Shown in pieces: positions 54,305 to 62,018 of a stretch of DNA of 64,000 nt. Every line of letters starts with the position of its first letter. Position 1 is the first letter of the stretch. Location: positions 10,353 through 74,352 of IMG/VR virus record IMGVR_UViG_2857776322_000004, one strand, 5' to 3'. The notes beneath the pieces were generated by a model. The model searched no databases, was not told the DNA's origin, and worked only from the letters and a program-made list of their open reading frames with translations. The position numbers were made by a program, and so were the translations under genes. Source of the DNA: a virus.

Positions 54305-55333
54305 ATGCACTGGCACAGCATCGACTACCGCAAGCGCGACGGCGCCAAGCCCGGCACGCCCTTCGACCGCGGCTTCTGGCTCCACCTGCCCCGCGCAATG
54401 CCCCTGTGCCGCCTCGTCGGCCACCGGGCCGTCGTGGACGGCACAACCGGCTTCGGGCCCGACGACCCCGGCTCACGCTGGGTCTGCTGCGACCGGTGCG
54501 GCACCCGCCCCGACCCGCAGGGCCACCTCGACCCGGCCCGCTGGAACATCGGCGACCCCTACGACGACGAACGCGCACCGGAGCCCCACCACCCCTTGGG
54601 CCGGCCCACGCGCGCCACCAGCGAGGTCCCCGGCCCCTGGCGCACCTCACCCGAGGGCGTCATCGGCGGCCAGGTCGTCGTCGGCAAGACGTTCGGAGGG
54701 ATCGGCATCGACCTGAAGCTGGGCCACGCCGGCAGCGAACACACCCTCGCGGCGAGCATCACTCTCAACCCGCTCGGAGCCGTCTACATCCACACCGAGG
54801 GCTACGGCACCTGGCTGCAACGCCGCCTCAACCCCACCGGCTACCACCCCAAGCGCATCGAATTCCGCACCTACAAGGGCAGCGTCTACTGGACGCTCGG
54901 CACCGACCGGGACTCCTACTCAAAGGGCGACCCGCGCTGGCGCCACGGCAGCACCGTCATCGATCCCCGCGACCGCATCCTCGGCCCGCGCCGCCACACC
55001 TACGACAAGGTCGGCGACCCCGTCACCGCCACCGTCCGCATGCCCCACGGCGACGACCACGGGGTCACCCTCCAACTCGAACGCTGCACCACCGGCCGCG
55101 CCAGGGGCCGCAAGACCACCTCCTGGTCGGTCGACTGGGAGAGCAACGGCATCCCTTACAAGCCCGACGGCACCGGCCGCTACACGGGATCCGCCGTCAC
55201 CGTCTCCGACCGCTCCGTCCAGGCCGGCACCTGGCCCCACCACGCAACGGCCGCCATCGCCGCCTCGATCACCACCAGCCGCGACCGCCACCGATGGCCG
55301 GTCCCGACGGCGGCCGTCGAAGCACCCGCATGA
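54305..55333 (+). CDS. hypothetical protein, paralog of next gene
   Basis: CRLVGH..RWVCCDRCG..NIGDPY..PGPW. Confidence 0.75.
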   Translation: MHWHSIDYRKRDGAKPGTPFDRGFWLHLPRAMPLCRLVGHRAVVDGTTGFGPDDPGSRWVCCDRCGTRPDPQGHLDPARWNIGDPYDDERAPEPHHPLGRPTRATSEVPGPWRTSPEGVIGGQVVVGKTFGGIGIDLKLGHAGSEHTLAASITLNPLGAVYIHTEGYGTWLQRRLNPTGYHPKRIEFRTYKGSVYWTLGTDRDSYSKGDPRWRHGSTVIDPRDRILGPRRHTYDKVGDPVTATVRMPHGDDHGVTLQLERCTTGRARGRKTTSWSVDWESNGIPYKPDGTGRYTGSAVTVSDRSVQAGTWPHHATAAIAASITTSRDRHRWPVPTAAVEAPA

Positions 55334-56226
55334 GCCGGCTCTACCGGATCACCCGCATCCCACGCCCCGCCTCGCGATGCCTGTGGCGCGGGCACGACCC
55401 CGTCATCGCCGGTGCCCCGGGCGCGCCGGGCACGAGCCCGCCGACCCGCTGGGTCACCTGCTCCCGATGCGGGATGGAACCCACGGGACGAGGCGACCTC
55501 TCGCCTCTGGTCGGGAACATCGGCGACCCCTACACGGGCCGCTTCGACGGGCCCAACACCAACGACCTTCGCCACGCCACCGCCGAGGGCTACCTCGTTC
55601 ACACACCGCCCGGCCCCTGGCCATACAGAGCCCTCCCACGCAGCCTGAGCATCCGGATCGCACCGAGCGGTCGCGGCGTGCGGGCGGGCTTCGTGCTGCG
55701 CCCGCGGCGCAGCGAACGCGTCGCGGCCTGGCTCGAACTCGGCCGACTCGGGTCGATTCACGTGGACACCCGCGTAGACGCCGACTGCGGGCCGGACCAC
55801 TGGACCGATCGCCTCGTGAGCGTGTCCTACGTGGCGCGCCGCCTGAGCCTCGACGGATCCGCACGCCGCATCGCCGAACTGGACCTCGACTGGCGCAACC
55901 ACATCCTCGGCCCCGTCCGGGTAACCGTCACCGAACTCGCCACGGCCTCGGCGACCGCGCGACTGCCCGACGGACGCACCTGCGCCCTCCGCCTCCGCCT
56001 CAGTCGCCGCGACGTCCGCCGAACCCGAGGCCGAACCCGCCGCGAATGGCGCGCCGACTGGAACTGCCCGCAACTTCACCCGTACCTCGAACCACCCGGT
56101 TCGGGACGCATCCACCTCCCGGCCGAGCCCCACGGCGACACGTGGATCGATAGAGCGACGGCCGCCGCAGAAGCGGCCCTTCCCGGCGCCGTGATCACCC
56201 CGGCAGCCGCCCACGACCACCCGTGA
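55330..56226 (+). CDS. hypothetical protein, paralog of previous gene
   Basis: CLWRGH..RWVTCSRCG..NIGDPY..PGPW. Confidence 0.7.
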   Translation: MSRLYRITRIPRPASRCLWRGHDPVIAGAPGAPGTSPPTRWVTCSRCGMEPTGRGDLSPLVGNIGDPYTGRFDGPNTNDLRHATAEGYLVHTPPGPWPYRALPRSLSIRIAPSGRGVRAGFVLRPRRSERVAAWLELGRLGSIHVDTRVDADCGPDHWTDRLVSVSYVARRLSLDGSARRIAELDLDWRNHILGPVRVTVTELATASATARLPDGRTCALRLRLSRRDVRRTRGRTRREWRADWNCPQLHPYLEPPGSGRIHLPAEPHGDTWIDRATAAAEAALPGAVITPAAAHDHP

Positions 56227-56507
56227 CCCACCCCGGAGTACCCATGCCCCAGCCACGACCGACCGTCGGCCGCATCGTCCACTACGTCGGCCACGGCAGC
56301 CCGGTCCGCGACGACGGCACCCAGGCATACCCCGCCGAGTGCCGAGCGGCCATCGTCACGGAGGTGCCCCACGACGGCTTCGGCACCGAGTCCGTCGGCC
56401 TGTGCATTCTCAATCCGGGCGGCGTCTTCTTCGGCGAGCTGATCATCCACGACGAGAACGACCACGCCGGCGGAACCTGGCACTGGCCCGAGCGGGAGGC
56501 CGCGTGA
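56223..56507 (+). CDS. conserved phage hypothetical protein
   Basis: PTVGRIVHYV..CRAAIVTEV..GTWHWPER. Confidence 0.75.
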   Translation: MTHPGVPMPQPRPTVGRIVHYVGHGSPVRDDGTQAYPAECRAAIVTEVPHDGFGTESVGLCILNPGGVFFGELIIHDENDHAGGTWHWPEREAA

Positions 56508-57190
56508 GCGTCGCCGTCGTCCTGCCCTGGCGCGACACCGGCCCCGAACGCGCCCGCGCCCACGACCTGGTCACCGCCCACTGGGAGCGCATCCTCCCCG
56601 GCGCCCGGCTGGTCGACATCGACACCACCCACGAACCGTTCTGCCTCGCCGCGTGCCGCAACGCCGGTGTCGCCTGGGCCGAACGGCACCACGTCGACGT
56701 CGTCGTCCTCGCCGACGCCGACACCCTCGCCGAAGCCGAACCCGTCGGCGCGGCCGTCCACGCCGCGGCCCGCTCCCACGTGGTCCAACTGCCCTACACC
56801 GAGTACCGCTCCCTGCGGGGCGACGGCACCGCCCAATACCTCGCCGGCGTCCCCCTGCCCGACTGCAACGCGTTCGTCGTCCCCGGCGCCTGCTCCGGCG
56901 TGTACATCACCACCCCCGCCACCTGGTGGGCCCACGGCGGCCAGGACGAACGCTTCCGCGGCTGGGGCTTCGAGGACGCCGCCTGGCACACCGCACACAC
57001 CACCCTCCTCGGCGCCGACCCCGCCCGCCACCCCGGCCGCGTCTACTCCCTGACCCACCCCAGCGCCGTCAAGGAAGGCGAGCAGTACACGGCCAACGCC
57101 GCACTCTGCCACCGCTACCACCGCGCGGCCGCCGACCCCGACGCCATGCGCGCCCTCATCGCCGAAGCCCACACCCCGGAGCACGCGTGA
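56504..57190 (+). CDS. GT2/GT7-like glycosyltransferase, paralog of 52206-52880
   Basis: VVLPWR, RNAG, ADADT, GGQDERFRGWGFED. Confidence 0.88.
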   Translation: MSVAVVLPWRDTGPERARAHDLVTAHWERILPGARLVDIDTTHEPFCLAACRNAGVAWAERHHVDVVVLADADTLAEAEPVGAAVHAAARSHVVQLPYTEYRSLRGDGTAQYLAGVPLPDCNAFVVPGACSGVYITTPATWWAHGGQDERFRGWGFEDAAWHTAHTTLLGADPARHPGRVYSLTHPSAVKEGEQYTANAALCHRYHRAAADPDAMRALIAEAHTPEHA

Positions 57191-57438
57191 ACACCGGCAC
57201 ACCCGTCACCTACACCTGGACCGTCACCTATCTCGGCGACACCGCGGCCGCGCCCTACACCGCCACCGTCGAGGCCGTCGAAGCCGTCGACGGCGCGGCC
57301 AACGGGTGGGTCCGCTTCCGCGACGCCTCCGACGACTACGTCCTGATGGTGCGCACCTGCGAGATCCGCAGCATCCGCCGCGGCGCACCCGTTACCACCC
57401 CGGTTGCCCCCGGCGGCGCCGCACCCGGCGAGGGCTGA
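57187..57438 (+). CDS. hypothetical protein
   Basis: GTGA coupling. Confidence 0.6.
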   Translation: MNTGTPVTYTWTVTYLGDTAAAPYTATVEAVEAVDGAANGWVRFRDASDDYVLMVRTCEIRSIRRGAPVTTPVAPGGAAPGEG

Positions 57439-57489
57439 CTCGGCGCCCCTGTACGACCCGCACGGCGTCCCGGCGGCTCCGGGCGGCAC

Positions 57490-57729
57490 TCAGGAGTCGG
57501 CGGCGGCCCGGCGAGCCTCCTCCGCCCGGCGCACGGCCTTTGCGACGGCCGTGCCCGTCGTCCCCAACTCCCGGCCCATGGCGGCCTGGTTGCCGCCGAA
57601 CTCGGTCCGCAACCCCTCCGCGATCGCCAGGGCCCGGCGCAGCGCCGACGCCTCGGCCAGCCGCCTCAGCCGGTCCTGTTCCGCGTCCTCGGCGGCCACC
57701 CGCTCACGCCACGTCCTGCGCCTGCCCAT
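57490..57729 (-). CDS. small helix + HTH protein
   Basis: RBS GGAGG; GNQAAMGRELGTTGTAVAKAVRR. Confidence 0.75.
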   Translation of the reverse strand: MGRRRTWRERVAAEDAEQDRLRRLAEASALRRALAIAEGLRTEFGGNQAAMGRELGTTGTAVAKAVRRAEEARRAAADS

Positions 57730-57838
57730 CCTGGTCCTCCATGCCTCCGGCCGGTCGGCCGGGTCGTCCCGTCGCTCCGCTCCGTACCGGCAGGGCGGGC
57801 GAACCACCGGCGGGCCACAGGGCCCGCCGGCCCGGCGG

Positions 57839-58249
57839 TCAGGCTGCCAGTACCTCGAACACGTCGTTCGGGCCGCACTGCTGGCTCATCTCGGTGCCCC
57901 AGGCGTCCACCACCGTCAGCCGCACCCAGGTGCCGCGGTTGACCGCTCCGGCGACCCGCAGCGGGCTCGTGCCGCCCATGCCGTCGTCCTCCAGCATCCG
58001 CATCCCCACCCGCAGGTCCCGGCCCAGGACCGACACCATCGCCGGCGCCGGCGCGGCTACCGGGGCGGCCGGAGCGGCGGGCTTCGCGGTGCGGCGGGCG
58101 CAGGTCTTGCAGGTCTTGCGGCCGTGGCCCGCCTCCAGCGTGGCGTTCACCCGGCGCCCGCAGGTGGTGCGGCCCTGGCCGCGGACCTCGTGGGCGACGA
58201 CGCCGCGGCCGACGGTGACCTGCGCGGTGGCGGTGGCGGTGGTGGTCAT
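57839..58249 (-). CDS. hypothetical protein (H/C Zn motif + beta domain)
   Basis: RBS AGGAG; H..TCG..TCKTC. Confidence 0.7.
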   Translation of the reverse strand: MTTTATATAQVTVGRGVVAHEVRGQGRTTCGRRVNATLEAGHGRKTCKTCARRTAKPAAPAAPVAAPAPAMVSVLGRDLRVGMRMLEDDGMGGTSPLRVAGAVNRGTWVRLTVVDAWGTEMSQQCGPNDVFEVLAA

Positions 58250-58289
58250 CTCGGGCTCCTCGGTTCGCTGTTCCCCTGCCGGTGACACG

Positions 58290-58329
58290 AAGGTAAACCC
58301 CGGGGTTGAGGTATGTCAACCCCGGGGTT
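58290..58329 (-). promoter_or_regulatory. Consensus promoter TTGACA-N18-TACCTT with two AACCCCGGGGTT palindromes
   Basis: -35 58319-14, -10 58295-90; boxes 58296-58307 and 58318-58329. Confidence 0.85.
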
Positions 58330-58350
58330 CAGATCGATGGGAGTCGGCCA

Positions 58351-58499
58351 ATGCCCCACCCCCGACCAGCCCCCGACATCGGCGCCGCGGCCCGCCGGCT
58401 CGCCGCAGCCCAGGCAGCCCAACGCCACGCCCAAGCCGCCCTCCTCCACGCCCGAGCCGAAGCACGCCGCCGACTCGCCGACCTCCCCCGGCCCCGTAG
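58351..58499 (+). CDS. small hypothetical protein (stop restored by +1 C at 58485-89)
   Basis: Ala-rich helix; one extra C gives TAG directly before the HNH ATG. Confidence 0.4.
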
Positions 58500-58805
58500 A
58501 TGGCCGGCACCCCCGGAGCCTGGGTCGGCAGCAACCGCCGCAACCGCCTCCCCACCGACTGGGCCGCCCGCTGCGCCGCCGTCTACGCCCGCGACGGCCA
58601 CACCTGCCACGTCTGCGGCCGGGACGGCGCCGACCAGATCGACCACATCCGACCCGGCGACGACCACAGCCTCACCAACCTCGCCCCCATCCACGACGAC
58701 CCCTGCCACCGCGCCAAGTCCAGCCGCGAAGGCATCCGCGCCGCCGCCGCCCGCCGCGCATTGGGACGCCATCCCGAGGAACCCCACCCCGGCATCCGGA
58801 GCTGA
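58500..58805 (+). CDS. HNH endonuclease (packaging-associated type)
   Basis: RDGHTCHVCG..DHIRPGDDHSLTNLAPIH..CH..KS. Confidence 0.88.
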   Translation: MAGTPGAWVGSNRRNRLPTDWAARCAAVYARDGHTCHVCGRDGADQIDHIRPGDDHSLTNLAPIHDDPCHRAKSSREGIRAAAARRALGRHPEEPHPGIRS

Positions 58806-58806
58806 C

Positions 58807-59064
58807 ATGCCCCGCTACGTCGTCAACGCCGCCAGCACCGAGGCTAGCGTCATCGTCGAAAGCCCCGACCTCCACCTCGGCATCACCGACGGCTGGGCCA
58901 CCTTCACCGACGACCGCGGCATCCTCCTGACCGTGCCCCGCGAACACCTCCACTCCATCCAACGCATCGACCAGGACCACCCCGCCACCAACCCCGACGG
59001 GCCGCCGAAACAAGAGCCGGCCACACCGCAAGCCGACCCCGCCCCGACCCCGCCCCGCCCGTAG
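58807..59064 (+). CDS. hypothetical protein
   Basis: codon bias; follows HNH stop. Confidence 0.6.
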   Translation: MPRYVVNAASTEASVIVESPDLHLGITDGWATFTDDRGILLTVPREHLHSIQRIDQDHPATNPDGPPKQEPATPQADPAPTPPRP

Positions 59065-59111
59065 GCCACCCGCCGCCACACCCGCATCCGCACGCCAGGA
59101 GGCGACCACCC

Positions 59112-59375
59112 ATGGCGACCAACACCAGGACCCACACCGGCAGGCGCGGCACCGGCAACCCGGCGCCCCTGCGCACCTACTGGTCCACCGGACGCGGCGG
59201 AACCACCAAGATCAGGTGGAACACACCCGGAGATCACACCCGGTGCACCAGGCAGCTCCGCACCTACCTCGGCCCCAGGGCCGCGGCCTACTGCGCACGC
59301 CTGCACCGGGACATGACCGGAGTCTGGCCCGGCGACCGCCGCAACATCGGCCGCATGCCCACGCGCCGCCGATGA
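59112..59375 (+). CDS. basic conserved phage protein
   Basis: RBS AGGAGG; LRTYW..KIRWNTPGD..RC..L..YLGP.A..YCA.LH..WPG. Confidence 0.75.
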   Translation: MATNTRTHTGRRGTGNPAPLRTYWSTGRGGTTKIRWNTPGDHTRCTRQLRTYLGPRAAAYCARLHRDMTGVWPGDRRNIGRMPTRRR

Positions 59376-59401
59376 CCCGGTCGCGGGGCGCCGGCGGATG
59401 G

Positions 59402-59560
59402 ATGGCACCCGACACCCTCCACGTCACCCCGGCCCGGGAGACGACCGACCACCCGCTCCGCCCCGACTGCTCCTGCGGGCCCAGGGTCCAAGGTGTCCGG
59501 CGGGCCGACGGGACCAACGGTTGGGTGGTCGTCCACCGCGCCCAGGGCGACGGCGAGCCT
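59402..59560 (+). CDS. small phage protein (HVTP..H..DCSCGP..DG..GW..H); stop position uncertain
   Basis: recognisable motif only in first ~50 codons of a longer open frame. Confidence 0.35.
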
Positions 59561-59774
59561 GCCGGCAGCCGACCCGGCGACCACCCGAGCCCGCCGGGCG
59601 GGCATCACACACACCGGTCGGTTGGGCCGACCGCCGAGCCCGACCAACCGTGCTGTCGGGCAAGGTGTCCAATCGGTCGGATGATCGTCCGATCGATCAA
59701 CCAACCGAACGGGTCGATCGGCGAACCATCGAGCCGGTTGCTCGACCTCCAGGTGCAACCGACCGGTCGGATAT

Positions 59775-59850
59775 GCCAACTCTGTTGGCCTCACGCATGC
59801 CAACTCTGTTGGCATGACAGCGCCACCCGAGGCGGCCAACACTGTTGGCC
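59775..59850. repeat. three 15-bp palindromes GCCAAC-WCT-GTTGGC
   Basis: 59775-89, 59799-813, 59835-49. Confidence 0.85.
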
Positions 59851-60066
59851 TACCGAGGTGGGGGGTTGCCCCCTGGACCAAGATCCGCTCATCGGGGCGT
59901 GTACGCGCTCGGGCCGGCTACGGGTCTGGGGCATCCGCGCGGGGCTCCGACCTGCGATGGAATCGAAGTGGTCTAGACCACACTTCGGGAGCCGATGAGG
60001 CAATGATCTTCATAGATCCAGGTCAGCGAGCCATAGCCTACACAGATCACGTGCTACAGTATTGGC

Positions 60067-60696
60067 ATGAGTCTTGCCTCGACAGCCTGCGTTCAGTGCG
60101 GTGGTCCGCTGCCGACGATGCACCGGGCCGATAGGAAGCACTGCTCCCGTTCCTGCGAGGCGCGCGCCTACCGGGCCCGCAAGCAGGCCAAGGCAGCTGC
60201 CGAAAGGGCAGCGGGAGTACGCCACGTACCCGCGGTCCTGCGCGAGCGGGCACGCTGGGTCAGGCACGTGGCGAAGCGACCGATGCGCACCGACGGCCGA
60301 TGGGCCTCGACAACCGACCCTTCGACCTGGTCGGACTTCGACACCGCATACCGCTCGACCGTGGGCGAGGGCATCGGCTACGTCCTTGCGACCGGTGACG
60401 ACGTCTTGGTCGTCGACCTGGACGATGCCCTCGAGCAGGGCGAACTGCTCCCCTGGGCGCAGCGGATCGTGGACGCGCTCCCGGCCACGTACATGGACAG
60501 GGGACGCTCCGGCAACGGGCTGCACCTGTGGTTCCGGGGCAAGGTCCCGGCGGGGCGGCGCATCCGACGTCGGGGCGTCGCCATCGAGTGGTACTCGGAC
60601 CGCCGGTACATCATCGTCGGCGACCGAGTGCCCGACGCTCCTCTGCAACTGGCCGACCTGCCGAACGCCGCCGCGATACTGACGGCTCTGCTGTGA
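60067..60696 (+). CDS. Zn finger + primase-polymerase (AEP)-like domain protein
   Basis: CVQCG..HCSRSC; ASTTDPSTW..GIGYVL..VVDLDD..SGNGLHLW..IEWY..RY; TACAGT -10 six nt before ATG. Confidence 0.8.
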   Translation: MSLASTACVQCGGPLPTMHRADRKHCSRSCEARAYRARKQAKAAAERAAGVRHVPAVLRERARWVRHVAKRPMRTDGRWASTTDPSTWSDFDTAYRSTVGEGIGYVLATGDDVLVVDLDDALEQGELLPWAQRIVDALPATYMDRGRSGNGLHLWFRGKVPAGRRIRRRGVAIEWYSDRRYIIVGDRVPDAPLQLADLPNAAAILTALL

Positions 60697-61397
60697 GCAC
60701 CGCGGGGCAACCGAGGGCGGGCGGAGTGTGTACCGAATGCGGCATCGCGTTCCCCGCCCCGAAGCGCGGGCCCGTCGGGACGTACTGCTCGCCTTCGTGC
60801 CGGGCGGCGGCCGGCTACGTGCGCGCACGAGCCGACGGGCGAGCCGCCCAATGGGCCGCAGATTCGCGCGCCCGGCGAGCGAAGCCGGCCACCGTGTTCG
60901 TGTGCCCCTTCTGCGGGAGCGAGTTCCCCACCGTGCGGGACGATCGCAAGACCTGCGGGGCGCCCGAGTGCCGCCAGGCGCTGACGGCGCGACGCATGGC
61001 CGCCTACCAGCGCAACTACAAGGAGCAGCACGGCCGGTGGCAGTCGGCGCAGCATCACCACAGCGACCGGGCACGCGCACGTCGGCGCGAGCGGCAGGCA
61101 GAGATGCCGGCGCGTCAGCGCTACGCGGCCCAATACAAGGCATACGACAGCGCGCGGCGGCTCACCCTAAAGGCCGCGCGCGTCGAGGTGTTCGAGCCCC
61201 GCGAGATCTTCGAGCGGGACGCGTGGACCTGCGGCATCTGCGGTGAGCCGGTGGACCCGGCGATCGCATGGCCCTCCGGGCGAAGCGCCTCTCTCGATCA
61301 CGTGATCCCGCTGTCCGGGGGCGGCGAACACAGCCGCCGGAACACCCGGTGCACGCACCTGGCCTGCAACCTGGCCAAGGGCAGCCGCCTCACGTAG
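60693..61397 (+). CDS. Zn-finger HNH endonuclease
   Basis: two CxxC..C fingers; IFERDAWTCGICG..SLDHVIPLSGGGEH..N..THLACN..K. Confidence 0.9.
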   Translation: MSTAGQPRAGGVCTECGIAFPAPKRGPVGTYCSPSCRAAAGYVRARADGRAAQWAADSRARRAKPATVFVCPFCGSEFPTVRDDRKTCGAPECRQALTARRMAAYQRNYKEQHGRWQSAQHHHSDRARARRRERQAEMPARQRYAAQYKAYDSARRLTLKAARVEVFEPREIFERDAWTCGICGEPVDPAIAWPSGRSASLDHVIPLSGGGEHSRRNTRCTHLACNLAKGSRLT

Positions 61398-61413
61398 CAC
61401 GAGCAACAACCAA

Positions 61414-61549
61414 GCGACCACGTCTCCACGGAGAGCGGACCCCGGAGGTCCGCGCCGTCGGGCCGTGGTCGCTCGCGTTTCCCGGAGGAACGCGCACGAC
61501 CCAGGAGGTCGCCCCGATGACCGTCATCACGACCGGGCGGAACGGCTGA
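61414..61549 (+). promoter_or_regulatory. Structured leader (predicted four-way junction) and 10-codon uORF coupled to terS
   Basis: pairings 61414-22/64-72, 23-26/31-34, 35-41/47-53, 54-56/61-63; uORF 61517-61549 ends TGATG. Confidence 0.5.
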
Positions 61550-62018
61550 TGGCCGGCCGTGGCCCCGCGCCCAAGGACCCCTCCCGGCGCGCGCGTGCGA
61601 ACAAGGATCCCGTAGCGCAGACGCTGCTCCGCTTCGAGCACGCCGAACCACCCGACCTGCCCACCTTCCACATCGAGAAGGACGGCGAGCTGATCGAGTA
61701 TCAGTGGCCGCACCGCACGGTGGAGTGGTGGGACATGTGGAAGGCAAGTCCCCAGGCCGACAACTTCAGCTCCACCGACTGGGACTTCCTCCTGGACACC
61801 GCCATCGTGCACGCCCGCCTGTGGTCGGGCGAGGTGACCGCCGCAGCCGAACTGCGGCTTCGCGTGGCCAAGTTCGGCGCCACCCCGAGGACCGCGCGCG
61901 ACTGCGCATGGCGTTCGCGGAGGCCGACGAGAAGGACTCCAAGCGGCCCGCAAGCCCGACGTCGCGTGAACGGTACGGGACGCTGCGCGTCCTCAAGCCT
62001 CCGACCGCGGAGGACTGA
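61549..62018 (+). CDS. terS: terminase small subunit (one-base frameshift near 61883-86)
   Basis: MAGRGPAPK..W..W..SPQA..TDW..LLDTA..AELRLRVAKFGATP / EDRARLR in shifted frame. Confidence 0.8.

Noticed and set aside
17485-61886. Programmed frameshifting as a genome-wide regulatory system
   Set aside because: All four cases (17485, 19013, 58485, 61883) are single-base losses in G/C homopolymers with no shared slippery heptamer, which is the signature of long-read error.
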